A stretch of 62,759 bases of DNA, the filler included, from Dugesia japonica (Eukaryota): assembly GCA_001938525.1 (NCBI GenBank). It is 5 parts of 5 records of this genome, joined end to end, with 100 filler letters (N's around TTAATTAATTAA, not from the genome) between each part and the next. Parts side by side here need not be neighbours in the genome. Positions count along the whole stretch, not along the records: positions 1 to 14,799 come from MQRL01597883.1; 4 more parts are not named here. One strand, given 5' to 3'. Below are positions 1 to 10,287 of this stretch, piece by piece (within the stretch, counting starts at the first letter, position 1; each line of letters opens with the position of its first letter). The notes under the pieces are model-generated. The model saw nothing but the letters and a program-made list of their open reading frames with translations, ran no database searches and was not told the DNA's origin. The position numbers were made by a program, and so were the translations under genes.

Positions 1-239
1 ATATATATATATATATAGCTTTTGAGGAATCTGTCATGTACTCATGCCTGAGCACTAAAATCATACACACATACAAACAGTCAATCACGCATTCACCTAT
101 TATTACATACATGTCAATTTACTTATATAAAAGTCAATATGCAAATATTATATTATTCTTAGTCATATTTCACACTGGTATTTACACTTATAGAAAAAGC
201 AAGAAAACAAGTTTTATTTCCCATAATAAGGGAAACATT

Positions 240-490
240 TAATCGATAATAATCGACAAATGGGAGTGTATCCGTCTTTGTAACCTCATTTAACCTTTGA
301 TAGTCCACACACAATCTGATTTCTCCATCTTTTATCTTTACTGACACTACTGGAAATGCCCATGGAGAGAGACTATGTTATTATTATTACTTAACTTCTT
401 CTGTTAATTTGTATGGTGCTACATATGTCTTTTGTTTAATAGGTTTAACGTTGCTTGTGATGTCTACTTTTTTCAGACCAAGTGTATGTT
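240..490 (-). mobile_element. Ty3/Gypsy reverse transcriptase N-terminal fragment (decayed)
   Basis: Minus-strand translation KPIKQKTYVAPY...SPWAFPVVSVKIKDGEIRLCVDYQRLNEVTKTDTLP matches the Gypsy RT motifs SPWxxPxxxVxKKDGxxRLCVDYRxLN; stops present. Confidence 0.85.
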
Positions 491-544
491 TTGCTAAGAA
501 AAATCTCTAGTCTCTTTCAAAGATGAATGAACACAGTTTTAATA

Positions 545-890
545 GATGTAGAACACGTTATCGTCTTTATGAATGACATCTTAATTGCTTCAAAATCATT
601 TGAGCAACACTTAGTTAACATAACAAATATGATGTCGAGATTACAAAAGGCTAACATAAAATTAAAGTCAACAAAATGTAAGTGAGCTAAAGAATAAGTA
701 CTATTCTTAGAATATATAGTATCTTCAAAGGGTCTACAACCAAATCCTGATAAAATAGAAGCAGTGAATTATTTTTTTATACCTAAAACAGTACAACAAT
801 TCCATAATTTCAACGGATTAGTTGGTTATTACAGGCTATTAATAAAACATTTCGTTAAAATATCCGCTTCATTAGTAGAATTAACAAAAG
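545..890 (+). mobile_element. Ty3/Gypsy reverse transcriptase C-terminal fragment (decayed)
   Basis: VFMNDILIASKSFEQHL...KCK...FLEYIVSSKGLQPNPDKIEAV...GLVGYYR...ISASLVELTK; YxDD-like motif degraded to FMND; cut off at 890 by the TGTTGGGG element. Confidence 0.85.
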
Positions 891-1161
891 TGTTGGGGTG
901 AAACGCGCAGTTAAGGAAGAAAAATACAGACCGAAGGTCAAAACTCAGAAATAATGTGGGGAAAGCTTGAACGGCAAATGAACCAGAATACATAGCGAAT
1001 TAGATAAAATTATGGCAGTTATGTTGAAGAAAAGTCAAGGGGAAAATGTATGACAGAAAGAAAACCTCAAACGGAATAAATTCGATATCGATCATTCATG
1101 TTAATTAAGGAAAAATAGAATTTATCATGAAAAAACAGGAAAATTACTATTAAGAAAAAGT

Positions 1162-1198
1162 CAATTCCTGACGAAGACAAGGTCGAAATATCGAATTG
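1162..1198 (+). ncRNA. Minimal type I hammerhead ribozyme (Penelope-like element type)
   Basis: CAATTC-CTGACGA-A-GAC(AAG)GTC-GAAA-TATC-GAATTG: stem I CAATTC/GAATTG, core CUGANGA and GAAA, 3-bp stem II, loopless palindromic stem III, predicted AUC cleavage after 1192. Confidence 0.8.
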
Positions 1199-1397
1199 TT
1201 ATCCAATATCAATAATTTTGATTTGATCTAAGCTTTTATATTATATGAATTAAGAAAATAATTAATTAGTAAAGAAATATTAATTAATTCTATCAGAAAA
1301 TAAATTAAAATTAGTCAAAAATTCGTTTTTTACAAATAACTTTGCTCAGGAAAATCGCAGAAGCTGGTAATAAGAAAAACTGAAAAAGAAAAGTACC

Positions 1398-1636
1398 TGG
1401 GCAATAGGATTTCTGCAAGGGTTCAAAGATTGGGCCAATAAGGTGTTAAGAAAAGAAAATGAAACAAAGACCCGAGCATCACATGGTGATTTAAAAATAG
1501 CGGCCAATAGGAGTTCTAAAACTCTATGGAAAAAATTTGGAAATTAGCACCAGAGCCAATGAAAAGTAAGAAATTTGAATCAAAAATAGTAACCAATGGC
1601 GATGATGCCGAGTTGCATCAGAAAATCCTATATAAA
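1398..1636 (+). promoter_or_regulatory. Pol II promoter of element copy A: CCAAT-box cluster plus TATA box
   Basis: GGCAATAGG (~1399), GGCCAATAAGG (~1433), GGCCAATAGG (~1502), GCCAATG (~1555), ACCAATGG (~1592), then TATATAAA at 1629-1636. Confidence 0.7.
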
Positions 1637-3463
1637 CCCCCCTAAATTCAGAAGAAAAAACTAACAATTTTTATTTTTTGGTATTACGCCAATACGATAC
1701 AAATTTAGTAACCTACTTTGCAGAAAAACCTACTAGAAAATTTTGTCAACTCTTACAGCTCGTAAGATCACGTTTTTTCAAATTATAAATTAACTGTGTC
1801 TATTTCGAATTATAGCTGAAGAATAATTATCAAGTAAACGCGGAAGGTTGCACGAGAATAATCCACATCTAAATCGAGAATCAGTCTGCTTTTCTGAAAA
1901 TTAACCGCTGCATAGAACCCTAAATTAAATCAGCAAGTATTTTAATTGTTCATATCAATGTTTAATAGTGAATGTAATATGTTAATAATGAATTATAATT
2001 GTGACTATTGATAATTAAATATAACGTACCTGATGTGATTTTAATTTTAATTTTTAAAAAATTGATCCATTATTCAGAGTATTATTGATAAATTATTCAT
2101 TGATTTATTTACGAAATTAGGCTTTATTTCAGGAAGGAAACATGCTAAATTAAGAAATTCCCTATATCAGTTATTATTTTTTAACTCTCATAACATATAT
2201 TACTTGTCCCTTATATCTGACACACTATGTCGACATAAATGTCCTATTGCACACACACCATCTAACATGACCGAACAACTATAAAAATGAGGTGTAGAAT
2301 ACTCAGTATTCACAAGAGCCGACAAACAGAACCCGCAATGCATGCATGTCTGTCTGACATCTCCAAATCAGTGTGCGTATGCTCATTGTGATACCAGAAC
2401 GACCCGTGAGTCATCGCGATGTAATTACAATTCGAAAAATGGAAATTATTCTTATCTCTAACAGTTAGAATATCGTCGTCCCGATTGGCTTGTATTATTG
2501 TTGCTCTATTAGAATAGAAACAGAGACCGTTTCATATTTCATTAAAATAAGATAAGGCTTCGATCAAAACAAAACAAAATTTATTTGTAAAACAAGTTCA
2601 AATTTTCGACAATATTAAACCGTTTCATATCTTTAGATTTGGAGTGGCATAGCCTACTCCACCAAGTAAAACGATAGCTGCACATTGGAAACGTTCTTCG
2701 ACCGAGATATGAATCCTGTAACTTAGAGGAAAAATCTACACTTCAATCTACTCTTATATGAACGTGTAAGCGGAGGACCCATTTGCTTTGACTACTTTTG
2801 TAAAGGAACAATTGGACTTATTCCACTTTGCGAAATCCAATAGACATGGTTAACCAGTTCTGATGATAACCACACTGAATAAAATGACCTCGAATTTAAT
2901 GCTATTTTACTTACGCTGATTATTGACAAACATTTTGTCATGTTTATTTTGGTTTTTTAATAATAACTATTAACCTAAGGTTATTTATTCTTTTGTTTAT
3001 TAAAAAATCAATGTTAATTTTATTACATTTTTTTATTAACTTTTTGATCTCTTACTTATTATGATCCCCAATATTATTGACAAGAGGTGGGCTAACTATG
3101 GCCAAAGACTAAAATGTACACTCTCAAAAATATTTTGTCATTATAATTGTGATCGTTTAGTACAGTCAAAGTGTTCTTAATGCAAACATCAGCTCAACTA
3201 AAGTGGTGCTCAATTTTTTTATTTTTTACATTTCAAAACCGAAATCGTTTATCACTCTTAGCAACCTTAGCATGAGGTTAATACTTTTGATTTTAACCAC
3301 GGCTACCATTATATTAATCAGCGTTATTATTACTATTATGAACATTAACATTAATATTACGATAAAATGAAGGTACTAGTAAATCTATTTTATAATTGAT
3401 GGGATTAAGAACCTCATCGTGATATTAAGAGGAGTTGATGTTGTACTTTATATTGTCTAGGGT

Positions 3464-3658
3464 ATGCCAGGAGAATAAAGGGATACTCTGCGCCTCATAC
3501 GGAAGCAACGTAGAACAGTCAGATTGTGACAATTATTGGCACACATTTTGTCACATGGTAAGGTTGAGCATCACGACGAAACGGATTTGCAATGTTTCGC
3601 CGAGTGTTTCCCACTAAAATTGGACGTGGATCTAGACAAAGAATCCAAACCAGCGTAA
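3464..3658 (+). pseudogene. Cassette ORF-a, copy A (DETDLxCFAExFP protein), two in-frame stops
   Basis: Acceptor TTGTCTAG at 3460; MPGE*RDTLRLIRKQRRTVRL*QLLAHILSHGKVEHHDETDLQCFAECFPLKLDVDLDKESKPA*; homologous to 16544-16729; AATAAA at ~3698. Confidence 0.7.
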
Positions 3659-3811
3659 CAAAAAAAATAATAATAACTCATTTGTTTGTCTCATTTAAAT
3701 AAAATTTAATTAGATTTTTTTATCCATTTATGCCCATAAGGCTAAAATTAAACAATTCCTTCTTTTTCATATTCATGTGTTATAAATTCGATATTATTAC
3801 AGGATTAAAGA

Positions 3812-4099
3812 ATGGACTATAAATGGGAAACCCTTTATGATCGGCGAACCGACCGGTCGATTTTTAAAAGGTATAAGAACACCCATGGCCGTAACGATGG
3901 GGTGTTCGCGGATTATACCAATTTTTCAGAAAAAGATGCCGAGAATGAAAGAGAATGGGACGCGGTCGAGCGGCACGCGTATTACGAGTGGACTGGCCAG
4001 AAAGATCCAGAGAAGTGCTTCACACAGCCACAGCGTTTTCCCCAATTAACACCGAGGAATTCAGCACTATCAGTGACTGGAGAGAAGGCCCGTCAGTGA
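3812..4099 (+). CDS. Cassette ORF-b, copy A (hypothetical 95-aa protein)
   Basis: Acceptor TTACAG at 3802; WETLYDRRTDRSIFKRYKNTHGRNDGV aligns with WERIIDRRTRHIIFRRYRNPHNRDAGI at ~16866; AATAAA at 4272. Confidence 0.65.
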   Translation: MDYKWETLYDRRTDRSIFKRYKNTHGRNDGVFADYTNFSEKDAENEREWDAVERHAYYEWTGQKDPEKCFTQPQRFPQLTPRNSALSVTGEKARQ

Positions 4100-4428
4100 T
4101 CCCAGTCTCGGCGGCTCACCATCCACCCTTCGCTATCTTGAGAACGTCGATCGGCGACACGTTATGGGATCTACGTAATACAGGGAGTGGTGCTCACAAC
4201 GAAAATGCCGATGTTATAGGCAATAATAACTCTTGATCATCTTTCTTATCTCGTGTCATCATTTTAGTGTTAATAAATTGTAGGAATCAGGATTGTTACA
4301 AATATTTCTTAATCTGATTTTTAGCATGCGTTAGTAAAACATCTGTTATATGATTTATACAAAATTCTGTTTAAGCAATGTTTCACTATACATTAAATAG
4401 TATGATTTAATAATATCTATTCTTTCAG

Positions 4429-4773
4429 TGCATTCGTCGCTAAATAGAATCCCCGCGCCAACTAAGAAAGTACGTGAGACTAGCGAAGACCAGACTAGCG
4501 AAGATGACCTGGGACCTCTATCGCCTCACCAAACGTAGATGGAAGACCGACACAGCAAACGCCAATAGCAAAGTGGGTCGATACAAGAGGAAATGCCCAG
4601 CTTTTAAAAAGGAGGTTGAGACCTTTCATGTCCAGGAGAGAGTCTGGAAGACTCAAGTAGAATCTTTCGCGGAGATTATCCGGTCCCTCCATGACCGTGA
4701 AAATAAACTGGTGTCGGACATCTTACTACTTCGTAAGGCCATACCTCTTGAACCTTTTAAAGTTGATAAATAA
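4429..4773 (+). pseudogene. Cassette ORF-c, copy A (coiled-coil-like DREN protein), frameshifted by a short tandem duplication
   Basis: Acceptor TTTCAG at 4428, then TG CAT TCG...; HSSLNRIPAPTKK...TWDLYRLTKRRWKT...QERVWKTQVES...DRENKLV; homologous to 17402-17758; AATAAA at 4817. Confidence 0.7.
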
Positions 4774-4923
4774 CCAGACATCGCGGTCTTGAGGCTTATT
4801 ATTTTGGTTAATTATAAATAAACAATACTTTAGGGTTAATAACTTTTATATCTCCATTCATTTAATTAATTAATAACTCATATTCTAAGAGAAATAAATT
4901 ATCTAATTGTGCATCTTGTTTAG

Positions 4924-5190
4924 TGCCACGTATTACATTCCCCAACAGTATAAGAAGCTGCCATAGAATAATCCGGCGACTTCTATTAGAACGGCACCAC
5001 AAACGCCAGACCGAGCGTGCTTTGTTGAAGCATCTGGCACAAAGGAATAAGCTGATTAAGAAGCTAAAAAAAACAACTTCTCCAAAACAAAAAAAACTTT
5101 CTAAAACTGTATATCTCAGATTTGTCCCGCCAATTAGGCAATGCGTCGTGGCTTAACTGGGAAATTAACGATGACACCGCGTCATTTAAC
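4924..5190 (+). pseudogene. Cassette ORF-d, copy A (basic FPNSxRxCHRI protein), internally deleted
   Basis: Acceptor GTTTAG at 4923, then TG CCA CGT; PRITFPNSIRSCHRIIRRLLLERHHKRQTERALLKHLAQRNKLIKKL aligns with the 17883 ORF; AATAAA at 5253. Confidence 0.7.
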
Positions 5191-6785
5191 TTTATTCCTG
5201 AGGAGCCGACCCAGTGGTTAGACCCCGGGGCTCTGGAGGAGATGTAATATAGAATAAAATACTTCTTAATAATAGTGTTTTCGTGTATTTATTTACTGAT
5301 TGAAGTAATAGGGAAATAAATAGGAACCCAAACCAAAGGTGTATGAGTGTGAACCTCAAATAAATTTTGGAGGTCAACCACTCTAAACTGAATATCTAAT
5401 CTAGGGACATTAGATTTAAATTCTTGAAGGGGTACCCTTGAGGGCCACTTTTCCCCGGTCAGCATTCTTTTCAACATCAACTCAGGATTAACACTACTGA
5501 ATTCGAACCCACCACTGAATATTCAAAAAAAATTTTACCCGATTTTAACATTACAGTGCGTATCTATTAGATAGAGGATTTAACTACGAGTAAGAATAAC
5601 ACGGTTAAAAATTCTCAAACCTTATCCCTATAAAAATAAATTGAAAAACAAGTGATTAATATTAGTCGCTCCCCTGAAGAACATTAAAATTCAAAGTTAA
5701 CACATAAATTTATAAATCATCATATGAAATTTAAATTTAAAACATTAAAATTGTAATAAATTAATTGTAATTATTAACTTACTCATCCTGAATTTCATTC
5801 AACATTAAGTAAAAATCGACAAATTAAATATAAAAATATTAAAAATAAAAATATAAACTTATTCTTATATAATTTTAAAATAATTTAAAACAAGAATGGG
5901 TGCAAAATTCAAATTTGATATTAATTACCTTAAATTTAAAAATAAATCAGTAAAAATTTAAACTAGGCATAAAATACGAGCAAAATTTACGTAATTGCAC
6001 ACATTTTCATCACCGCCTAAACACATTGAAAATTTACTAACCAAATACATCATCAGCTGAACTCAGCTGATTCGCTGGCGAGAAGGGAGACTTCTATTCC
6101 AGTGCGCAACTATCTCCTTACTATTTTTAATGACAAGAATATCATAGAGATTTCTTTTGGAAATTATTCCACAATAATTGTATTCGTGTTTGAGTTTAAC
6201 TTGTCTTACAATATAAACTAAATTTTTGCTGCCTTCAAAATTACAGTAGTACAACAAACGGACTCTATCTCTGCTTACTACGTTAAAGGCAACATTTTCA
6301 AAATCTTTAATCCTTATGTATTCACTTCCTTCAACTGTTTTTAGAGTTTAAATGATGCATCTTTGATAGTGTCAGTTTGAAAGATTTACTTTTACATAAA
6401 TTAAAGTAGAAATGAAGATAATTCTTTTCACAAATAAGACTTTATTGAAAAACTGACATGTTGATATATTGTTTTTTGTTTCGTGTAAATTTTAAAAATA
6501 TTCATTTTAAATGTTGGGTAATTGAGTAATTTTGAAAGTATATTTAAGGTATTTTGACAATTTTAACATAAAATTGGAGAATTTAGGAATTTAATTTATT
6601 AAAGTTGGGTATTATGGTGTTTTATAATTTTCTCGAGTATTATTTCTTTAATATTTATAAGAAACATTTGAAGTAAAATTAATTTTAAATATTGTTTTAA
6701 TTTTATTATACTTTGAATATTGTGTAAACGTAATTGTCAATAGTGGAATTTTTGAATTAGCGCGAATTGTAAACTTTCACTGAAA

Positions 6786-7315
6786 ATGGATGGACTCAGT
6801 GAATTCAAAGCGAAAGTAATTACATTTTTCTAATTTTTAAAGTTTTTTAAATTAATTTTTTAATACAATTTGATATAGATATTTGAAGTAACCGGTAAAC
6901 GAAAAATTGATTATAAGGAATTATCAAGAAAAGCTGCTGAAACAGTATAAAATGATTATATTATTTTCAAAATAACAGTTATTCAGGGTGATTATAGTTA
7001 TTTATTTGACGATTTACCCTACGATTCTAAATATCCCAACGTTGATCAATCAAGGTAATTTTTATAATTTTTATATGATTATATAATATTCACATATCCA
7101 ATTTAGAAATTGTTTTGATAATTATGCAAGTTATCATAGATGTCTTAACAAGTATGGTGAAAGTTTTAAGCCTTGTAACGGTTTCAAAGTCTTATATAAA
7201 ATGAATTGTTTTGATTTTCAAGTTAATAATAATAATTTCCTTTAATTNTATTACTCTTTTATAGATTGAGGAATGGAATTCGGATATAACTAAGTTTCCA
7301 GCTGATTTAAGTTAA
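6786..7315 (+). CDS. COX6B: Cytochrome c oxidase subunit 6B (5 exons, ~109 aa)
   Basis: Exons 6786-6815, 6879-6944, 6987-7054, 7107-7221, 7265-7315; GT-AG introns of 63, 42, 52 and 43 nt; PYDSKYPNVDQSRNCFDNYASYHRCLNKYGESFKPCNGFKVLYKMNCFDFQIEEW has the CX9C...CX10C pattern and the PxDxxxPNxxQ motif. Exons 1-2 are less certain than 3-5. Confidence 0.9.
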
Positions 7316-9300
7316 CATATAGTTAGATCGGTTTTATTAGTTGAATTACAAATTTAGAATTGTTATTTTTTTGAAGTTCAATAATCAAAGTTAATTTTAT
7401 TTAACTATTTCTTAATTCAAATAATAATGTTTATCTGGAATTTTAAAATTTTATTAATTGATTAATTTATTATATTGATTTATATTTATTATAAAGTTAA
7501 AATTTGGGTAATTAACAATGTCATGAAATTTCTCTCAATTGTTTGTTATCTATTTGCCTATAGTCAACATTAGAATCGCTATTAAAAAATAAAAACCACA
7601 GAAATTGTTGAACGTGTAATTGATTTGTTTTGGTGTACTGACATTGAAGGCTTTGAAAATACAAAACTCTTATTAGCTGGAACGTAATATAGTTCACAAT
7701 ATTTATTAGTGTTGGGCACCCAGGAGTGTTGATTGTATGTAACTATTTCGGTCTTAGTTACCATTAAGAAGAGGCTCTACCTGTGGATCTCCATCCGTAT
7801 TAGTATGCATGTTCCTGACTCATCGACACAGTTCCTTACTCAAATAAAATGTCCTCACAAAGATAAATCAATATTGTAAAAACGGGATGAGGAATTAATT
7901 CTTGATTTTCGGTTGGTCTTAATTCCTCATCTTTATTACATAAACCAGTGGTGGGTAAACTGTTCGAGCCGTTAGACATCTAAGGAAATTTAAAGCGGTA
8001 CCAAAAACATTTATTTAAATTCTTCTTGAAAAGTTAAAGAAAATATACGAAATGACAGAAAGCATAAAAAAATAAAATCTTATTATTCTTTGTGTAAGAT
8101 TGAAAATCAATGCGATGTATTGGTTTCGCGTTGTGAACAGTTTTAAAAAATATTTTCTCGACCCCATTTCCCAACAACTGATATAAGCAATCCTTTTGCA
8201 ATACAAAGTGACCCCATTAAAATTTGAGTATTCTACTATTGTAATTTTTATAATAAGGTACATACATACATAATGTGTAATAATCAATAATTACTGCAAG
8301 AAATGAGAAAAATATCGCCTGGAATTACGATAAGGTACATTTATATTTTCTCTCCATAATAAAAAGAGCGGAAATAAAGAATTATTCACAAAAAATTTAA
8401 TGGTAAAATAAATTTCAATCTGCCCTAAAAAACTAAGAGACAATTGAGCCAAATTTGTATGACNNNNNNNNNNNNNNNNNNNNNNNNNNNNNNNNNNNNN
8501 NNNNNNNNNNNNNNNNNNNNNNNNNNNNNNNNNNNNNNNNNNNNNNNNNNNNNNNNNNNNNNNNNNNNNNNNNNNNNNNNNNNNNNNNNNNNNNNNNNNN
8601 NNNNNNNNNNNNNNNNNNGATTTGCAAAATGAATTAACAATTGAAGATCTACCTAAAATACACAACGATCAGGCACTCGCCAATGCACACCATGACAACT
8701 GATCGAACACACATACGCAAACATGAGTAAAGATGCGTGAACATTTCTTGCACAATATGGTATTTAATAAATACTATTTATTATACAAAAACATCGATAC
8801 TTTATTATCTCTTAATATTTTCAATTTTTTCGCATTTTACTCATAGTTATATATTTTCATACATTACAATAAATATCATATAGATACTTTTCGTATTTCA
8901 CAAAATTTTAAAATAATAAGAATTAAAACCCCAATTAGTGACGTGATAGTTAGTAAGCAGAAATAGCAATCATACAAAAAATTACAATTTTTGGGTTTTT
9001 AGGATTTTTGATTTTTATGAATCTATCACTTTCTGTTCTCGCTTCCGTATTTATCAATTTGTTGCATCGTCTAGGAGCATACCTAAAAACCTCACGCGNT
9101 TATGGCACATCTGTACCATACTTCTCTTTCCACGGGTCCAGCGCGACTTTGCGGTATCGCGTCTTGCACTTGCTCAATTAGTGCTTATTTTACAGTTAAC
9201 TACGATAATCATTTACTGAATACACAAGCAGATAAAACCAAATAATTCAGTACCTATCGGTGAACATTTATTTATACATTTGTTGTTTGTTTAGTGACTG

Positions 9301-9603
9301 CTATGCATTCAGATCTACAGTATTATTATTCTCACTCGAGTCCTCTGATATGGGACTATAGTTCAGCCATAGTGTTCTCAAGGTGGCGAACAAAGAATTT
9401 TCGCGATCTGCGTACGTTATAATCACGTCCGCCATGAGCCGGTTTGCATGTTGGAGGGACAATTCTTTTTCTTTCAGCTGAGCGTACTTGGCAGATGATT
9501 TCAGCGTCTGTCCGTTCAACCGTAGGATCTCATTCATAACTCTCGTCGCTCCTTAGCTCATCTTTTCTGTGCAGCGACTAATTCTTGATTTTTTGCGGTT
9601 CAT
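9301..9603 (-). CDS. Cassette ORF-c homologue, copy D (5' part disrupted)
   Basis: MNEILRLNGQTLKSSAKYAQLKEKELSLQHANRLMADVIITYADRENSL shares the DREN motif and spacing with ORF-c; AATAAA downstream on the minus strand (~9270). Confidence 0.55.
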
Positions 9604-10053
9604 NNNNNNNNNNNNNNNNNNNNNNNNNNNNNNNNNNNNNNNNNNNNNNNNNNNNNNNNNNNNNNNNNNNNNNNNNNNNNNNNNNTAAGATGTTGATTCA
9701 GGATTTTAAATTTTTTTATTAAATTTAATACAAAATCAAAGAACGATCTGCACGCAATAATAATCAAAACTCTAGCCACCTCTGCAGACCATAATCAAAA
9801 TTAATATAGTGACATCCATATCACTTTAAATTAACATTCCATTAACATTAAATACACTAGAAGAAGATCCTTCATAATCAACATTCATTCACTGATTTCT
9901 GTAACGATTCTACTTTCATTATAATCGGAGTCTGATGACTCTCAGGCTCCTCGACCTACTCAAGTGTCAGAAACAGAACCTGATCCTCGAGTTGACTCAA
10001 CAACACTCCGTATTCCATTTGTTGTCCAATCAATTTACCAGTACTCTCCTTGA

Positions 10054-10287
10054 TTAAACTCTTCCCTCTACGGAGTTGCACAATCTACTGCTGGTGAAGT
10101 TTCTGAACGTCCTGCACCTTTCCACTAATTTTCCGCTTCGATATAGCAGATCTATCTTTTCCTTCGCGTATTTGTATTTTTGCTCGTTCAACAACTCTAC
10201 TGCGCATCTCCAAGGAATCCAAAATGCTCCCACCTCATCGTCGTTGGTGAGTACTAGAGGGATATCTGGCCGATAATATTCTGTCAT
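10054..10287 (-). CDS. Hypothetical 77-aa cassette ORF in copy D
   Basis: GC-richer ORF with ATG (MTEYYRPDIPLVLTNDDEVGAFWIPWRC...) inside AT-rich spacers; no recognisable domain. Confidence 0.4.
   Translation of the reverse strand: MTEYYRPDIPLVLTNDDEVGAFWIPWRCAVELLNEQKYKYAKEKIDLLYRSGKLVERCRTFRNFTSSRLCNSVEGRV

Larger units (their letters stand above)
891..5493 (+). mobile_element. Copy A of an unclassified TG..CA-bounded multi-cassette element (giant solo-LTR-like)
   Basis: Starts TGTTGGGG where the Gypsy RT stops; CCAAT/TATA promoter; 4-5 acceptor-ORF-AATAAA cassettes; the 3' non-coding block (5320-5490) is homologous to copies B and C; probable end ...CAGGATTAACA at 5493. No TSD found. Confidence 0.65.

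Noticed and set aside
5498-5518. tRNA B-box-like GGTTCGAATTC on the minus strand
   Set aside because: No cloverleaf or A box; better explained as a CAGTGGTGGG hAT-type terminus.
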